From Tubulanus polymorphus (lineage: Eukaryota; Animalia; Nemertea): DNA of 64,000 bases. Of the stretch, positions 52,698-64,000 are shown piece after piece; position 1 is the first letter of the stretch; the number at the start of each line of letters is the position of its first letter. A program made the position numbers and the translations under genes. The stretch spans positions 6,076,001 through 6,140,000 of the forward strand of contig NC_134029.1 of the NCBI RefSeq assembly GCF_964204645.1, in the 5' to 3' direction. Under the pieces are notes generated by a model. The model had not been told where the DNA came from. It made no database searches and saw nothing but the letters and a program-made list of their open reading frames with translations.

Positions 52698-54659
52698 TTT
52701 TGGACAGCGAATTCTCGCGGGAGAAACCCTGAGAGACGAAATACCGAAGTGATCACGCGATTGAACAGCACCACACAACCGTTGTCATTCTATACATGAT
52801 ATATCACGCTAAAGTTCGCTTCTATCGTCACTGGAGACAGCATCCAAAAATCCTGCGAGTAGGATTTTTGCGATTTTCGATACATCGCTGAGTGCAATTA
52901 GGATGATTTATACCCCGTTTAGTTGACCTTGCACTGCACACAAAACATCGGACAACATGCACTGACCTTGTGTATATTATGAATTATTGCATATAGTTAA
53001 ATGATAGAATTGTACAAAACAAGAATGTTATTGCAGTAGAAATAAGACTTTTTATTCAAAAAACTTATACTATACTATAATTGTTCACTTATATATATAT
53101 TTCACTTTTAGATGACAGTTTTCGTGGGAATTCTTCGGAGTTGACTCTACGTTGTTTGAATAACATTAAAACGACGGGTGATGTCTATAAGAACGTCGAT
53201 TTCTTCATTAATAATTTCTACGGTAAAGACGACCGTCGCCAAATGGTCAAGACTTTTTACTCAGAACACACGGCATTCTAAGATAATATACGTTAAAATG
53301 TATTCCCGAATAGCGATTTAATAAACGACTGTTGATACTCAAATTCCGTGAAAAGTCGTTTATTTGAAAGGGTTTTTGCGTATTTAACATGATATATCAC
53401 CCTTACCGATAGTTAACGCAATAAACATCACCATATAAGCGGGCATAAAGTACATCATGTTATTCAACAAATGTATAATCATTGGCAAAACTAGGCCAAT
53501 ATTCCGAAACCTTCACACCACTCATCCCTCAAATGACCTTCATCGAGGGTTTTTGGTTACGAGAACACGAAACACTTACCCAACAACATCTTCCTTCATG
53601 TGAAAATACACGGGAGCTGTGGATTTCGAATATTTTTATCTCTTGCGCTCCTCTGTTTTTCTTTTACATTACTGATAACGGTGACGCGTTGCTATCAATT
53701 TCGACGTCAATTTACGAACCCGCGGATATAACGAAGTACACGGCACTTATTTCGTTAACGGAACAAGGACGAGCGAAATTACGCATAACGAAAAATACCA
53801 GAAAGATCAGGGAGGATAAGAAATGTCAGACGTTTAGTTGTTGTATATGACAAGAGAACCAGAATGGACTTGAATTGCTTGACTCTGCTCCTGACGACTA
53901 TTACACAAGCTTCTCCGCATTGTTTATTGAATCGCCGAAAATTGATAGTTTTCGTATAAAGAATCAGGGATTGATATCTAAAAAACAAAAGATAGAAACT
54001 CTTTGCACTTCGAAATGGAACATAATTTTTTCTAAGTTGACCGATTTTGTCAGGTACAGTCTGTTGGCAGATATGGACAGCCTTTTACCAGTAGTCTTGG
54101 AGGCTTTGGCAATCGTTGTTGACCACAGCGGTGTCTCTATCGGGCAGGCAGGTACTCACGAGTGGTACTCGATTGAAACGATTTTAGCCTCCGCGATTGA
54201 ATCGAGATAAAATCTTAAAGGTAAGGTTAACAAGTGCACTGAGATCCGGACTACACGTGCCTGGTGGTTTCCACGCGATGTACCTCATTTTTCCATATAT
54301 GTAGAAAAAACCTCACCGCATTGTGAACGAAACCTTATTCGGTTCGTGTTCCAGTGAATAGCAGGAGCCGGGGAATGATTAATTGAAAACGATAATCAAT
54401 TCCCTTATAGAGGCCGTCACGGGCAAAATGTCGAGAATGCTGATATGAGGTTCCCATGTCATAATGAGCGCCGTGAAAAGGCTAAGTAGACGAAATACTA
54501 GACGGTATACACGATGAACGAAGAAGGACGTATAAGTAACCTGAATCAATCTTCAATTGCATCCACATCAGTATGGGTCCAGGCGGATCAAAACTAAGTA
54601 TCGCCCAATGGTGGCAGAGCGAACGCGTACGTGGCTTACATAATCAACAACCGATCTCG

Positions 54660-54908
54660 CTCGTCAATTCATTGGTTTGTTAGATTGGATGAACAATCCG
54701 AAAGATCTTGCCCAACGAGCCGATGAACGATGCTAAATGCGTACACTTAGTAAGCAACAAGTTGTAATATGTGAAAGCAGTTAAGGAGCCACTTGACGAC
54801 GTAAGAAAAACTGCTCGGTTACTTCCCGCGCGTTGCGAAGTTTCAGGGATAAGGTGTGTGAACTCGGCTGCACGACGACTGCACAGTTCAGACAAGCATT
54901 TAGCCGAG
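54660..54908 (+). promoter_or_regulatory. Candidate promoter and non-coding first exon of LGIC-C
   Basis: CpG-rich stretch with two ATTGG (reverse CCAAT) boxes at ~54671 and ~54684, and a consensus donor GAG|GTAAGT at 54908/54909. The first coding exon is preceded by an acceptor ttttag at 58520. Confidence 0.4.
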
Positions 54909-55674
54909 GTAAGTTCGATGTTTACCTATCATTTTCGAAAAGCGAATGAAAAATAAAACAAGTTACATAAGAGCAACTATTTTCATAGCTGTTATTTCAT
55001 ATCTGTGCTGTTATTCTGTATTTTTCCGCGCGTTATCTCGGCGCTAAATCCCGGGGATTGAACTTAAATATGTTAACACTATATGATAATTCATTAAAAG
55101 TTGGCTATTGTTAGCACCTGTTGGTTATGAATACGCTGGAGTTACGGCTTTATCATAATATACTAAATAATCACCTATTGGGATATCATATAGCAGTACA
55201 ATCCATTTTGCTTCAGTTAATAGCAAAATGATGTCAAAATATACTATAATTATCTATGAAGGCAAATGAATCCTCTAACATCAGCAATCTGTTGCAAATG
55301 CCGCTGATAGACAGGGCATGTCGTGCGGAATGTCAAATGTGGATTTAAGTGGCTGTTAAAATGTAATCAAAATTAATACTGCGAACAATATTCAAATTGT
55401 GTAAATCAATGGATATGGATGCTGACGAATAATCTAGCGGTAAGATAGTCATAAAATAACGGATGGTGGTGTCAATAAAATGATTTCCAAATTGCAACTA
55501 GTCTTAGCATTTAGAAATCCTTTTCATGTTATTTGAAATTGTCTCAGACAATCAAACGCCCATTTACAGACATGACTTCTAACGACTGACTGAGCTTCTC
55601 TAGATTTTTATATGGTAAATCAGTTCATTTACACATTCTTGTGTCAGATTTTAACTGACGCATTTCAGGCTCCA

Positions 55675-55814
55675 GGGCCCAGTTGCACAGTCGTGACTTA
55701 AGTCCGAAAGCGGTCTTAAATCTTAAGACTGGTCTTAAGTTGTTAGATTGGCTAAAGAACTAAGTTGGTCTTAGACTGGTCTTGAGTCTAAGCCACGACT
55801 ATGCAACCGGCCCC
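55675..55814. mobile_element. MITE (same TIR family as 44460)
   Basis: gggcccagttgcacagtcgtgactta vs right-end reverse complement ggggccggttgcatagtcgtggctta (22/26); internal GGTCTTA repeats; CAG..CTG boundaries. Confidence 0.8.
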
Positions 55815-56384
55815 TGCTGATGCCAAGTAGTTTCCACGCAACTAATCGATTCAAACTTTATGTCTCGACCAATCTAATGAACTAGGGCCGGCAAATTGGC
55901 GATATAGATTAGAAAATAGACCTTTATAACGATTTACAACGAGGCCAGCCAATGACGGAAAACAAATACATAACTCGAATGTGGTTGATTGAGAATGATA
56001 ATCGTGCAGCTGTGCAGCGCGATGCCACGATCTATCACACGGAGTCATCGCGTCTCTATCGTCATTGTTTGAGGGATTATAACGTCGCAGACGATTATGC
56101 AGAAAACATTGTCATCTTTATTACGACTTCCAGTTTTTGTTTTTTTTTTATTCTCGTGAACGAAAATAGGACGTTGTTTATTCTCTGTCGAATCAAATGT
56201 ATTCCTAAATATGGAATAGCTTAATGTGCGCATTTTCGCTGAACGAAAACAGTACATATTTTCGAAGGTAATTTTTCAGAATGTTTTTACTTTTTTTCCT
56301 TAGTCTAAACTTGATATTGGAAAACGAGATTTTAAAATCGTCGGCATGATTTTTTTTTCCTGAAGTGTACAAATAATTTGAATT

Positions 56385-56525
56385 GGATCCTGAACATGTG
56401 AAATTGTGGAACTGGGTCTAGAACTGCAGAACGATAGGTCCTTATCTGTGGAACTGTGGAACTGGTTCTATAGAACTACGGAACTATAGGTCCTAAACTA
56501 TGGTACTGCAGAACTGGGTCTAGAA
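56385..56525. repeat. Tandem array of MITE-end-like motifs (TGTGGAACTGGGTC..)
   Basis: Repeated tgtggaactgggtctagaac / ctgtggaactgtggaactggttc / gcagaactgggtctagaa, similar to the right end of the 44460 element. Confidence 0.55.
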
Positions 56526-56541
56526 ATGTGAGAAGTTTACC

Positions 56542-56746
56542 AATTCGTTCTCTTATCAACACTCGTAAAAGGACATGTCTCAATGAAAAACGTAAATCCT
56601 TTCCTATAATCATTTGTTTATAAGGAAGCAGATATAAAAAAGCAATCATTAACGTTTGATAAAAACACATTATCACTTTATCAAGGAAGTTTTCCCTGAT
56701 AATTCGTTCTTTTATCAAGTCTCAATGAAAAACGTTAATCATTTTC
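56542..56746. repeat. Local direct duplication
   Basis: aattcgttct(c/t)ttatcaa at 56542 and 56701; gtctcaatgaaaaacgt(a/t)aatc at 56577 and 56719. Confidence 0.7.
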
Positions 56747-58546
56747 AATGTTGAAGTATACATTCGTTGTATCCAAGAAGATGAGTGAGAATGAACTATT
56801 TACTATAAATAATATGAGGGTAGTGATTGGCTTAGGTAGGACTCTTTTCGCTTGATCTTACGCAGCATAGGCCCTTTCTTAGCTTTGAGATCCACCACTC
56901 GAAAAGGAGTAAATGCCTAATGAATTTAGCGCAAGCATTGTTTTTTACCCTGAATAGAAGCGAAACTTTTTTTACGTGAGTGATATATATTTTCAATAGG
57001 CCTATATGCATCCAACAAATTCATCTTTATGCGTGAACCAAATCTCACCTAAATTGATATATAATACTATCGACGTTTGTCGTTGTCTTGGGAACGAGCA
57101 TTCATTCGTTTGCCAGACGTGTTTAATTCTCCGCGGTCGCGGCAAATTTGTCATGATTGCAATTTGAGATGTTTGACATCCGGAATCGAACGGAGATTCG
57201 ATCGTTAACTCGTGTTTGCGCCCCGTATTTGAACCGAACAAACGGGCGATGTTTGCGCGATGATCCGATCTCGAATATCTTCAAATGCATAATAATTAAT
57301 GATTGAATTACATGTATATTGTATGTAGAAGCTATAGAGACCAACTCCTTACCCATGTTCCCAGTGCAAGAGTTTATATTACCCTTTTCACCCGTTGCAC
57401 TTGAGCCGGCATTCGCTTGCACGGTCACAAAAAGCCGTCGCGACTAACGAGATAATCTCTATGAGTATACGGACCGTTCTAATGATTTGATTGGATCAAA
57501 TCTCTTGAATCAAATCAGTCTATAAGATGAGAAAGATCACAAAAACATATACATGACATACTAAGTGCTGCACAGCACATTTTAGACATGTTTTTACAGA
57601 TATGATGCAAAAAAGACATAATATGCAATGTTATATGGATGTAGAGATAGAATGTATGATATCAATGGAAAGAATTATATATTACTACAGAATTATTGAA
57701 TTTAGTCATGGTAATGCCGCCGGGCAGATCGTCATTTTCAATTCAATATGACTTATCCCATGTAGATTTGTAACACCTGTATTTAACAGCGTATGATGGG
57801 ACATTCAGCATTATATTACATATGTTTCCACTTTAACCACAGGCTGATTCTCCAGTACATTTTGCCACATGATTATTAACAACAACCTCTAGTCATCCAT
57901 TTCATTTATTGTCCCACAAAAAAGTATATTTTGCACAAAAAATTCATTCATTGTATCAAACAACAGATGGTATTGTTTTTATATCCAAATATACTTGAAT
58001 CGATTCAGCATTTTAATGATTATTGAATTTCTCGTTTGTGGCCGGATCCATCCGTCTCAAGTAAAACAAGTTACTGTTTGAATTCCAGTGTAGGTAGGTT
58101 TTCATGTTTGTTCAGTGTTAAGTAAACATAGCATCGTTCGCTTTTAGAAGAATACGCAATATACTTTGCTATATTCTAACCCGGTATTCTAACAACACGA
58201 TCGTTAATTTTTTTTGTCACGATTGATTTCAATCAATACCGCACGCTAGTTAGATCAGTAATTCGCCACTGGACTCAGTGGAGATCGTGCATCATCCTCA
58301 TTTCATGCTTGATGTTTAGAGTATTTCCCACTTCGTAGTTACAGTGATACGCTATATCGATTGACGAACTAAGAAAGAGTTTTCAATTGGGAACAGCTGA
58401 TTACGAAGGAGATACGTAATTCAGAACACTTTGTATATAGACCCAATTCGATATCTTATGTTAGAGATAAGCAAAAATATCTAATTCACCAGTTGCTTGT
58501 CTTTTTAACGATCGTTTTAGAGTCGGGGTAATCAATTCATGTGAAG

Positions 58547-61500
58547 ATGCGATGGGCTTTTGTGCTACAGTATGAGATGTGGGTGACACTTCTTCTTTCC
58601 GTCGTGGTCCATTTTACTTCCAGAAACAGTGTGTCTGCTCATCCTACAGCAAATGCAATGAAAAGGTAGGCTATTGACAATTTCATAACGTATATACGAT
58701 AGTTTTCCTTTGAATATCTATATGCATGAATTCAAATTAGATGTGTATTTTTTTTCTATTCAAAAATTGTCGCATCAAGCTGGCTAGCTAGACGTTATAT
58801 TTAGTTTATGCGCAATTCGGAAAACAATCAATCACCACAATTTTTCTGCAATGCCGCAGTATGCTTTAAATTGCAATCGTTACTTATGATGTTTGAGCAA
58901 CTAAAATTGGGTAGCTAGAGTAGTATGGAAAAAACTAAAAGCAGCCCGGAATAATTCATCAAATAACCAATTAATACCGAATGAGGCCTCTCGGCTTGTC
59001 CATTATCTTAATAAGGCAAACAAATCCAAATTAGATTATTGTTGCGTAAAAACTGTAGTGTAGATAAGTCGAGACTCGGTTGTTTTCATGATGACCGAAA
59101 CAGCTCGTTAGCGTATACTCTTAACTCTTATAGATGGATGGATAGAAAGTTATTGCAATCGCGCCCACCTGCAACTGCAGCTAACATTTGCGTGTTAGGT
59201 AAACCACGTGCGTTTTAACAACACATTTGATTAACCAGTTATCTCATACACGTACACATAGATATATAGAATTACTGTTTATTTCGGGATTTCATCTGGA
59301 ATTAAGCCCATTTAGCAGATTTCGAACATGAACACGTCACGTTTACACGTTCTCGTATCTCACATGAGATCTTAGCCGATATCAAGAAACACTTTGTTAC
59401 GAATTTACCGATTCATATCACCGCGCGCCTAACATTTAGCACACAATTTCACCTCTCTACGTGACGAGGTGAAACAGATAAAAGTAAATTATAGGGCGAC
59501 GTTGCGAAGGATCATCTCGATTCTTGCTTCGGACTCGTAGAATACGTGTTGTTTTTTTTAATTTTTAGATCGGAATTCCTGAAGAAGCTTCTGGTCGATT
59601 ACGACAGAAGGCTGCCTCCAAATATTGACACAGGTATATAGATGTAATTGTAAATAGTCAATTTTCTGAGAAACGTAACAACGTGAATACATGGAAATAT
59701 ATAATATATATATATATATTGACACAAAATAGTTATTAATCTGCCAAGAATATTACTGAAAATTCCTTTTATATTGAGAATACATTCGTGAAATTATTCT
59801 ACGTATTAGATTTTATTGTATATAAGACATATTTGCTATGTGACAGCACGTTCTACGGCACTGGAACACCGGGGCGTTGATTGATAAATATCTTCAAATG
59901 ATATGCTGCAATAATGGATGGAGTCAATGCGATATCGATGTAATTTATGGCCTGATTTTCTGATATCTACTTCCGACTGCTGCTTTTTTAATATATGCAT
60001 TAACTTGAAGTGAACTGGTATCACATATCAGAGGTCTTCCTATTTCTCGACCTCAAGTAGTTCTTCTGTCTATTTACAGACGAACCTACGATCGTTGATT
60101 GCTCCATTTTTGTAGTTAGTTTTGATTCTGTAAACGAAATGAATATGGTATGTACCATTTATTATAGTATAATCTTCGCAGTAGTAAGACCGTATGGAAT
60201 CCATGGTGCACAGACACGCGTTTACCGCGAGTCATTTAATAAATCCAAAAGTCAAATGCAAAACCAGACTCGTAAATATGATAGAATATACACAATATGC
60301 AATGGGAATTATTTTCTTTTAAAAGGAATCATACACACATGTAAGTAAATGTACAGAGTTGGACATGTTTGAGCGTTTGACTCTGAGAAGCCAGGTCGTG
60401 GGTTCAAACCCATTACCATGGTGTCTGATAGATGATTCCTGAGCGCCTATCGGCTGCTCGGGTGTTACTTCTCCCCAGGGAGAGATGACTGACAAATGGT
60501 TTTGAGTTTAGATTGGTGCTAATTATGGAAAATGACGTTGAACACTGTATCACAGTGAAAAATGAATAAATTACTATCAAATGGCTTTTCTAACGATGAT
60601 GATGTAAATATGGCAGCCGTCATTGAAAAAAATACATTTCTTTTCGTTACATGAAGGATTACTCAATGACGGTGTATATGCGACAATCCTGGATGGACCC
60701 GCGGCTTGATTTTCAACATCTCGTCAACGACTCGATGATAGCCGTCGACTCGACGATGATCGAAAAACTCTGGGTTCCCGATCTATATTTCCCGAACGGG
60801 AAAGGAGGAAACATACACACGATTACCGTGCCTAACAAGCTAATCCGTCTCTACGAAGATGGACGAGTTTTGTACAGTGTTAGGTGGGTTAAAAGCTCGT
60901 GTGATTGGAAATGATTGATTAGTGAAATCAAAATGATACAAGTGTCAAATATGTACAGTACTTCGATTACAAATTTAGAAAAAAAATCAATGCATTTATT
61001 TATGAATCCTTGGCAATTCTTGATTGCCATTCATAAAAAAGATGCTTAATATCAATGATTAAAAAGTGAACACATCTAATGATCGCGCGATTAGAATGTG
61101 ATAAATCTTTTTGTTTTTAGAAAATTTATTTGTCCTCTTCAGATTCGAAATTGCTAAATCCTACTTATGTGTTAACGTTAAACCCGGAAGTTTCACCCAA
61201 GAAATTCAATTGACTTCATAGAATTTAGTTGCCATTGGTAACTTTAATGTAAGCAAACATTAACGACGATAAATCGTAGCTTTATTCATGAACCCGAGTA
61301 CGCACTATGTTTAAGGCGGAAAATGGCGATAGGATTTTTTTCCAGAGCGGTTCTCGTGTTTAATCAATACTCATTAATTTTACAAATTTCGTTTAGCCGT
61401 CACGATACGTCCATTTTATCCAACAACTTAAAACGATTATCGCAAGTAGATTGTCAAATTTATCCAACGAATATCGCAATAGATTGTCAAAACAGGTTTG

Positions 61501-63771
61501 CTTACAGGAGCTGAATTGATGGATTATGTGCCGAAGTCAATCTCTAAATGAATCTATATGAATGTAATGTTTACGCTTTTTGGTATCCTTCAAAGGATAT
61601 ACGTTGAAGGAGTAGAGAACACTGCGACTGTCAATAATTGGAAGTGATTCTAAATGTTTCGTATTACCGCTAATTGAATATACTCGTCGGGCGCTAAGCG
61701 CATCCTCAACACGGTGCGCGAGTGTGAGTGCGCTTGTTAAGTCTATCACGCACTAGACCTCTCAGCCGTGACAAAATGCAATATGTTGACCCTCACTAGT
61801 CCTGTTTCAACACCATATAAGAGCTGCGTATCCGCTCAAGGCAAATATTCATTAATATTTGCGAGATGATATGACGGATTAACCGTTAGCTCTTATAGTA
61901 GACGGTAGAATATGAACGGAGTATTTTGAAAGAAATCAATTGCACCTTGGAAATTTGTACTATCCGACCTTTCATTCTCGGTGCATTCGGGTTTGCATCC
62001 GGAATGACTAAACACGTATGTTGAGCCGATATCGCTTATGCTAGTGACGATTCGTGATACAGAATTTCCGTCGTATTTCTGTCGTATTTCAGCTTTGCAC
62101 GACAAGCCATATAATATTTTAGTCAATTCTTCCATCGGAATCCGATATGTATGTATTCACATGACTGTGTGTGTGAAGAATCCCATCGCGTTTTATGCGC
62201 TTAAATAATTCTCTCTTGTTTCAGGCTATCTTTAACTGTATCGTGTCCGATGGACCTAATGAAATTTCCGTTGGATACGCAAATGTGCAACCTTCAAATG
62301 GAGAGCTGTAAGTTCGTGCCAGGATCTCTATCCGATATACAAAACGCTGTATATGTTACCCGCTATTTAGTGGAAAGATCGTCATCTTGAAAACGTCATG
62401 ATTATTTTGGCGCGTTCGCCCTGGAAAAATAAAGCATTGTGCAGTCGTGAGTTCGGTCAGAGCGGGGCAATACCATAAAAGCGACATCTTTGTATCATCG
62501 GATTGTTTTGCTAATGTTTTCTTCTACTTACTGGTCTGGTTATGATACATAATTATGTAGATTAAATGTAATCAATCTTTGTACGCGATATCAAAAGGAA
62601 CCGTTTTCTCCTGTATTCTGAATACCCATTTGAAACGTATACGAAACGTACAGAACCGATAAGGGAACTTAAATTGTCGCGACATAATTATTGTCGGCAC
62701 GTTGTTGGCACGCGATAACTAAAGGCCCCTTATCCGTAGAAACGCCATGTCTTTAATTTTTCATGAACATTGTTCAAAGATTACTGGAAATCATGGATGT
62801 AGCGGATGTTTACATATTTTGTGAAATTAGATATAGATGATCCCGTATCATCAATCAACCGAGAATCCTCCATGGATCCCGTCGGAAAATACATCCTGCC
62901 GATCATCGGAGCAATTACTCGATCGTCTGTCTGTATCGATCCGAGCTTTAACAGCGCCGTATTGCAATATTCTCCTCGGATCATTTGGGGCGAAAACAGT
63001 TGCATAACCTATAAATAGTTTTCGGATAAGAGGACTGAATGATTGATCACAAAAAATATGATTTTATCTATTTGCCCATGCTAATAAGCTCCTCTTACTT
63101 CTGTTAGAAATAATACTGAAATTTCGATAGCTATTGAGACAAAGTCGCATTTCCTTGTTTTCATTCAGTACATTCGCTAGAAGTAAGAATCGAAGATGAC
63201 TGAATGTTCGATAGCTTTTGAGACGAATGTGTCGTTATATTTCCATATTGTTATTCAGCACATTCGCTACAGTACTAGTTACAGATATGGGCTACTGATC
63301 ACTTCCCGGATAACTCAAGAATGTCAAATGACTTCGATTGCTATCGTCAATGCGTATGATCTATTTTGAACTTTGTACGGCAGCGATGCAATTATAGATA
63401 TGTTGTATATTATACATTATGCTCGTCATGTAAATCATTAATCCCTTGTCCACGGGTTCAATGAGTTCATCTCATCACGGGGATGACCGAGAATGAAAAC
63501 ATTCGAGCCGTTTAGATATTTCATATTTTGCATGACGATTTTGATAAATTCAATGACAAGTTTTCTTGTAGAACCACATAGATGAGTTCATTGTAAATCT
63601 GCGTAGATTTTCCTAACGACTTCATCTTCATTACAGTTTCGTTTACGACCGATCGTATGAGGTTCGAATGGAACGCTTTGGCGCCCGTAGAGTTGAACGA
63701 ATACATGCAGCTTCCTCAGTTCCAACTCGATCACACCGAAACGATGAACTGCTGGAAATCCTATTCCACGG
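58547..63771 (+). CDS. Glycine-receptor-like Cys-loop subunit, LGIC-C, 3'-partial (TM exons beyond the window): join(58547..58665,59569..59633,60080..60147,60657..60883,62225..62307,63637..>63771)
   Basis: Leader MRWAFVLQYEMWVTLLLSVVVHF; SEFLKKLLVDYDRRLPP; VYMRQSWMDPRL; LWVPDLYFPNGK; Cys-loop CPMDLMKFPLDTQMC; ESFSF; LPQF; loop C NCWKSYSTG. Internal exon sizes 65/68/227/83 are identical to LGIC-B. Confidence 0.93.
60350..60500 (+). mobile_element. tRNA-derived SINE-like relic in LGIC-C intron
   Basis: tRNA-like head ...gagcgtttgactctgagaagccaggtcgtgGGTTCAAACCcatt (B-box 60401-60410), followed by a GC-richer body (ctcgggtgttacttctccccagggag). Confidence 0.55.
63123..63270. repeat. Tandem duplication, ~84-bp period
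   Basis: ttcgatagctattgagac...attcagtacattcgcta (63123-63179) and ttcgatagcttttgagac...attcagcacattcgcta (63207-63269); partial third unit near 63333. Confidence 0.75.
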
Positions 63772-64000
63772 GTAGGTAATAAGCGCATCAACCAGGCAGA
63801 CTTTGAACTAGATATAAGCATGCAAATCCGACGTATATGGGTACATATTTAGCCCGGAAACAAATCTATTACATCAGTCCTTGTAAATCATCTCGTAGTA
63901 AATATAACTGAATATGAATCTACGTAATAATCTAGAACCAACAAACATATGTATGTACCTTTATGTATTACGTTATCACGGATTATTGGGGCCATCAATT

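Noticed and set aside
56385-56746. CRISPR-like repeat-spacer array
   Set aside because: Eukaryotic context, irregular degenerate units, no constant repeat or spacer length, no cas genes.

Overview
Eukaryotic genomic DNA: AT-rich, GT-AG introns, CpG not obviously depleted. It is most plausibly a non-vertebrate bilaterian such as a marine lophotrochozoan (inference). Six spliced protein-coding genes were reconstructed by hand with consistent exon phases: (1) the 3' part of a TRIM2/TRIM3-like TRIM-NHL gene (+); (2) a TROY/XEDAR/EDAR-like TNF-receptor gene lacking a death domain (-); (3) a divergent anion-type Cys-loop ligand-gated channel, LGIC-A (-); (4) an orphan protein with 2-3 degenerate ankyrin repeats (+); (5) a complete glycine-receptor-like Cys-loop channel, LGIC-B (+); (6) a tandem paralogue, LGIC-C (+), cut by the window end. 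Non-coding DNA holds a (GAGAGG)n tract, several MITE-like inverted-repeat elements, two tRNA-derived SINE-like relics and a decayed Penelope-type hammerhead ribozyme inside a long inverted repeat. The best leads are the three-channel cluster with diverging agonist pockets and the TNFR tail carrying repeated LC8-type TQT motifs. I found no prokaryote-style system (CRISPR, defence island), and novelty cannot be established without database searches.
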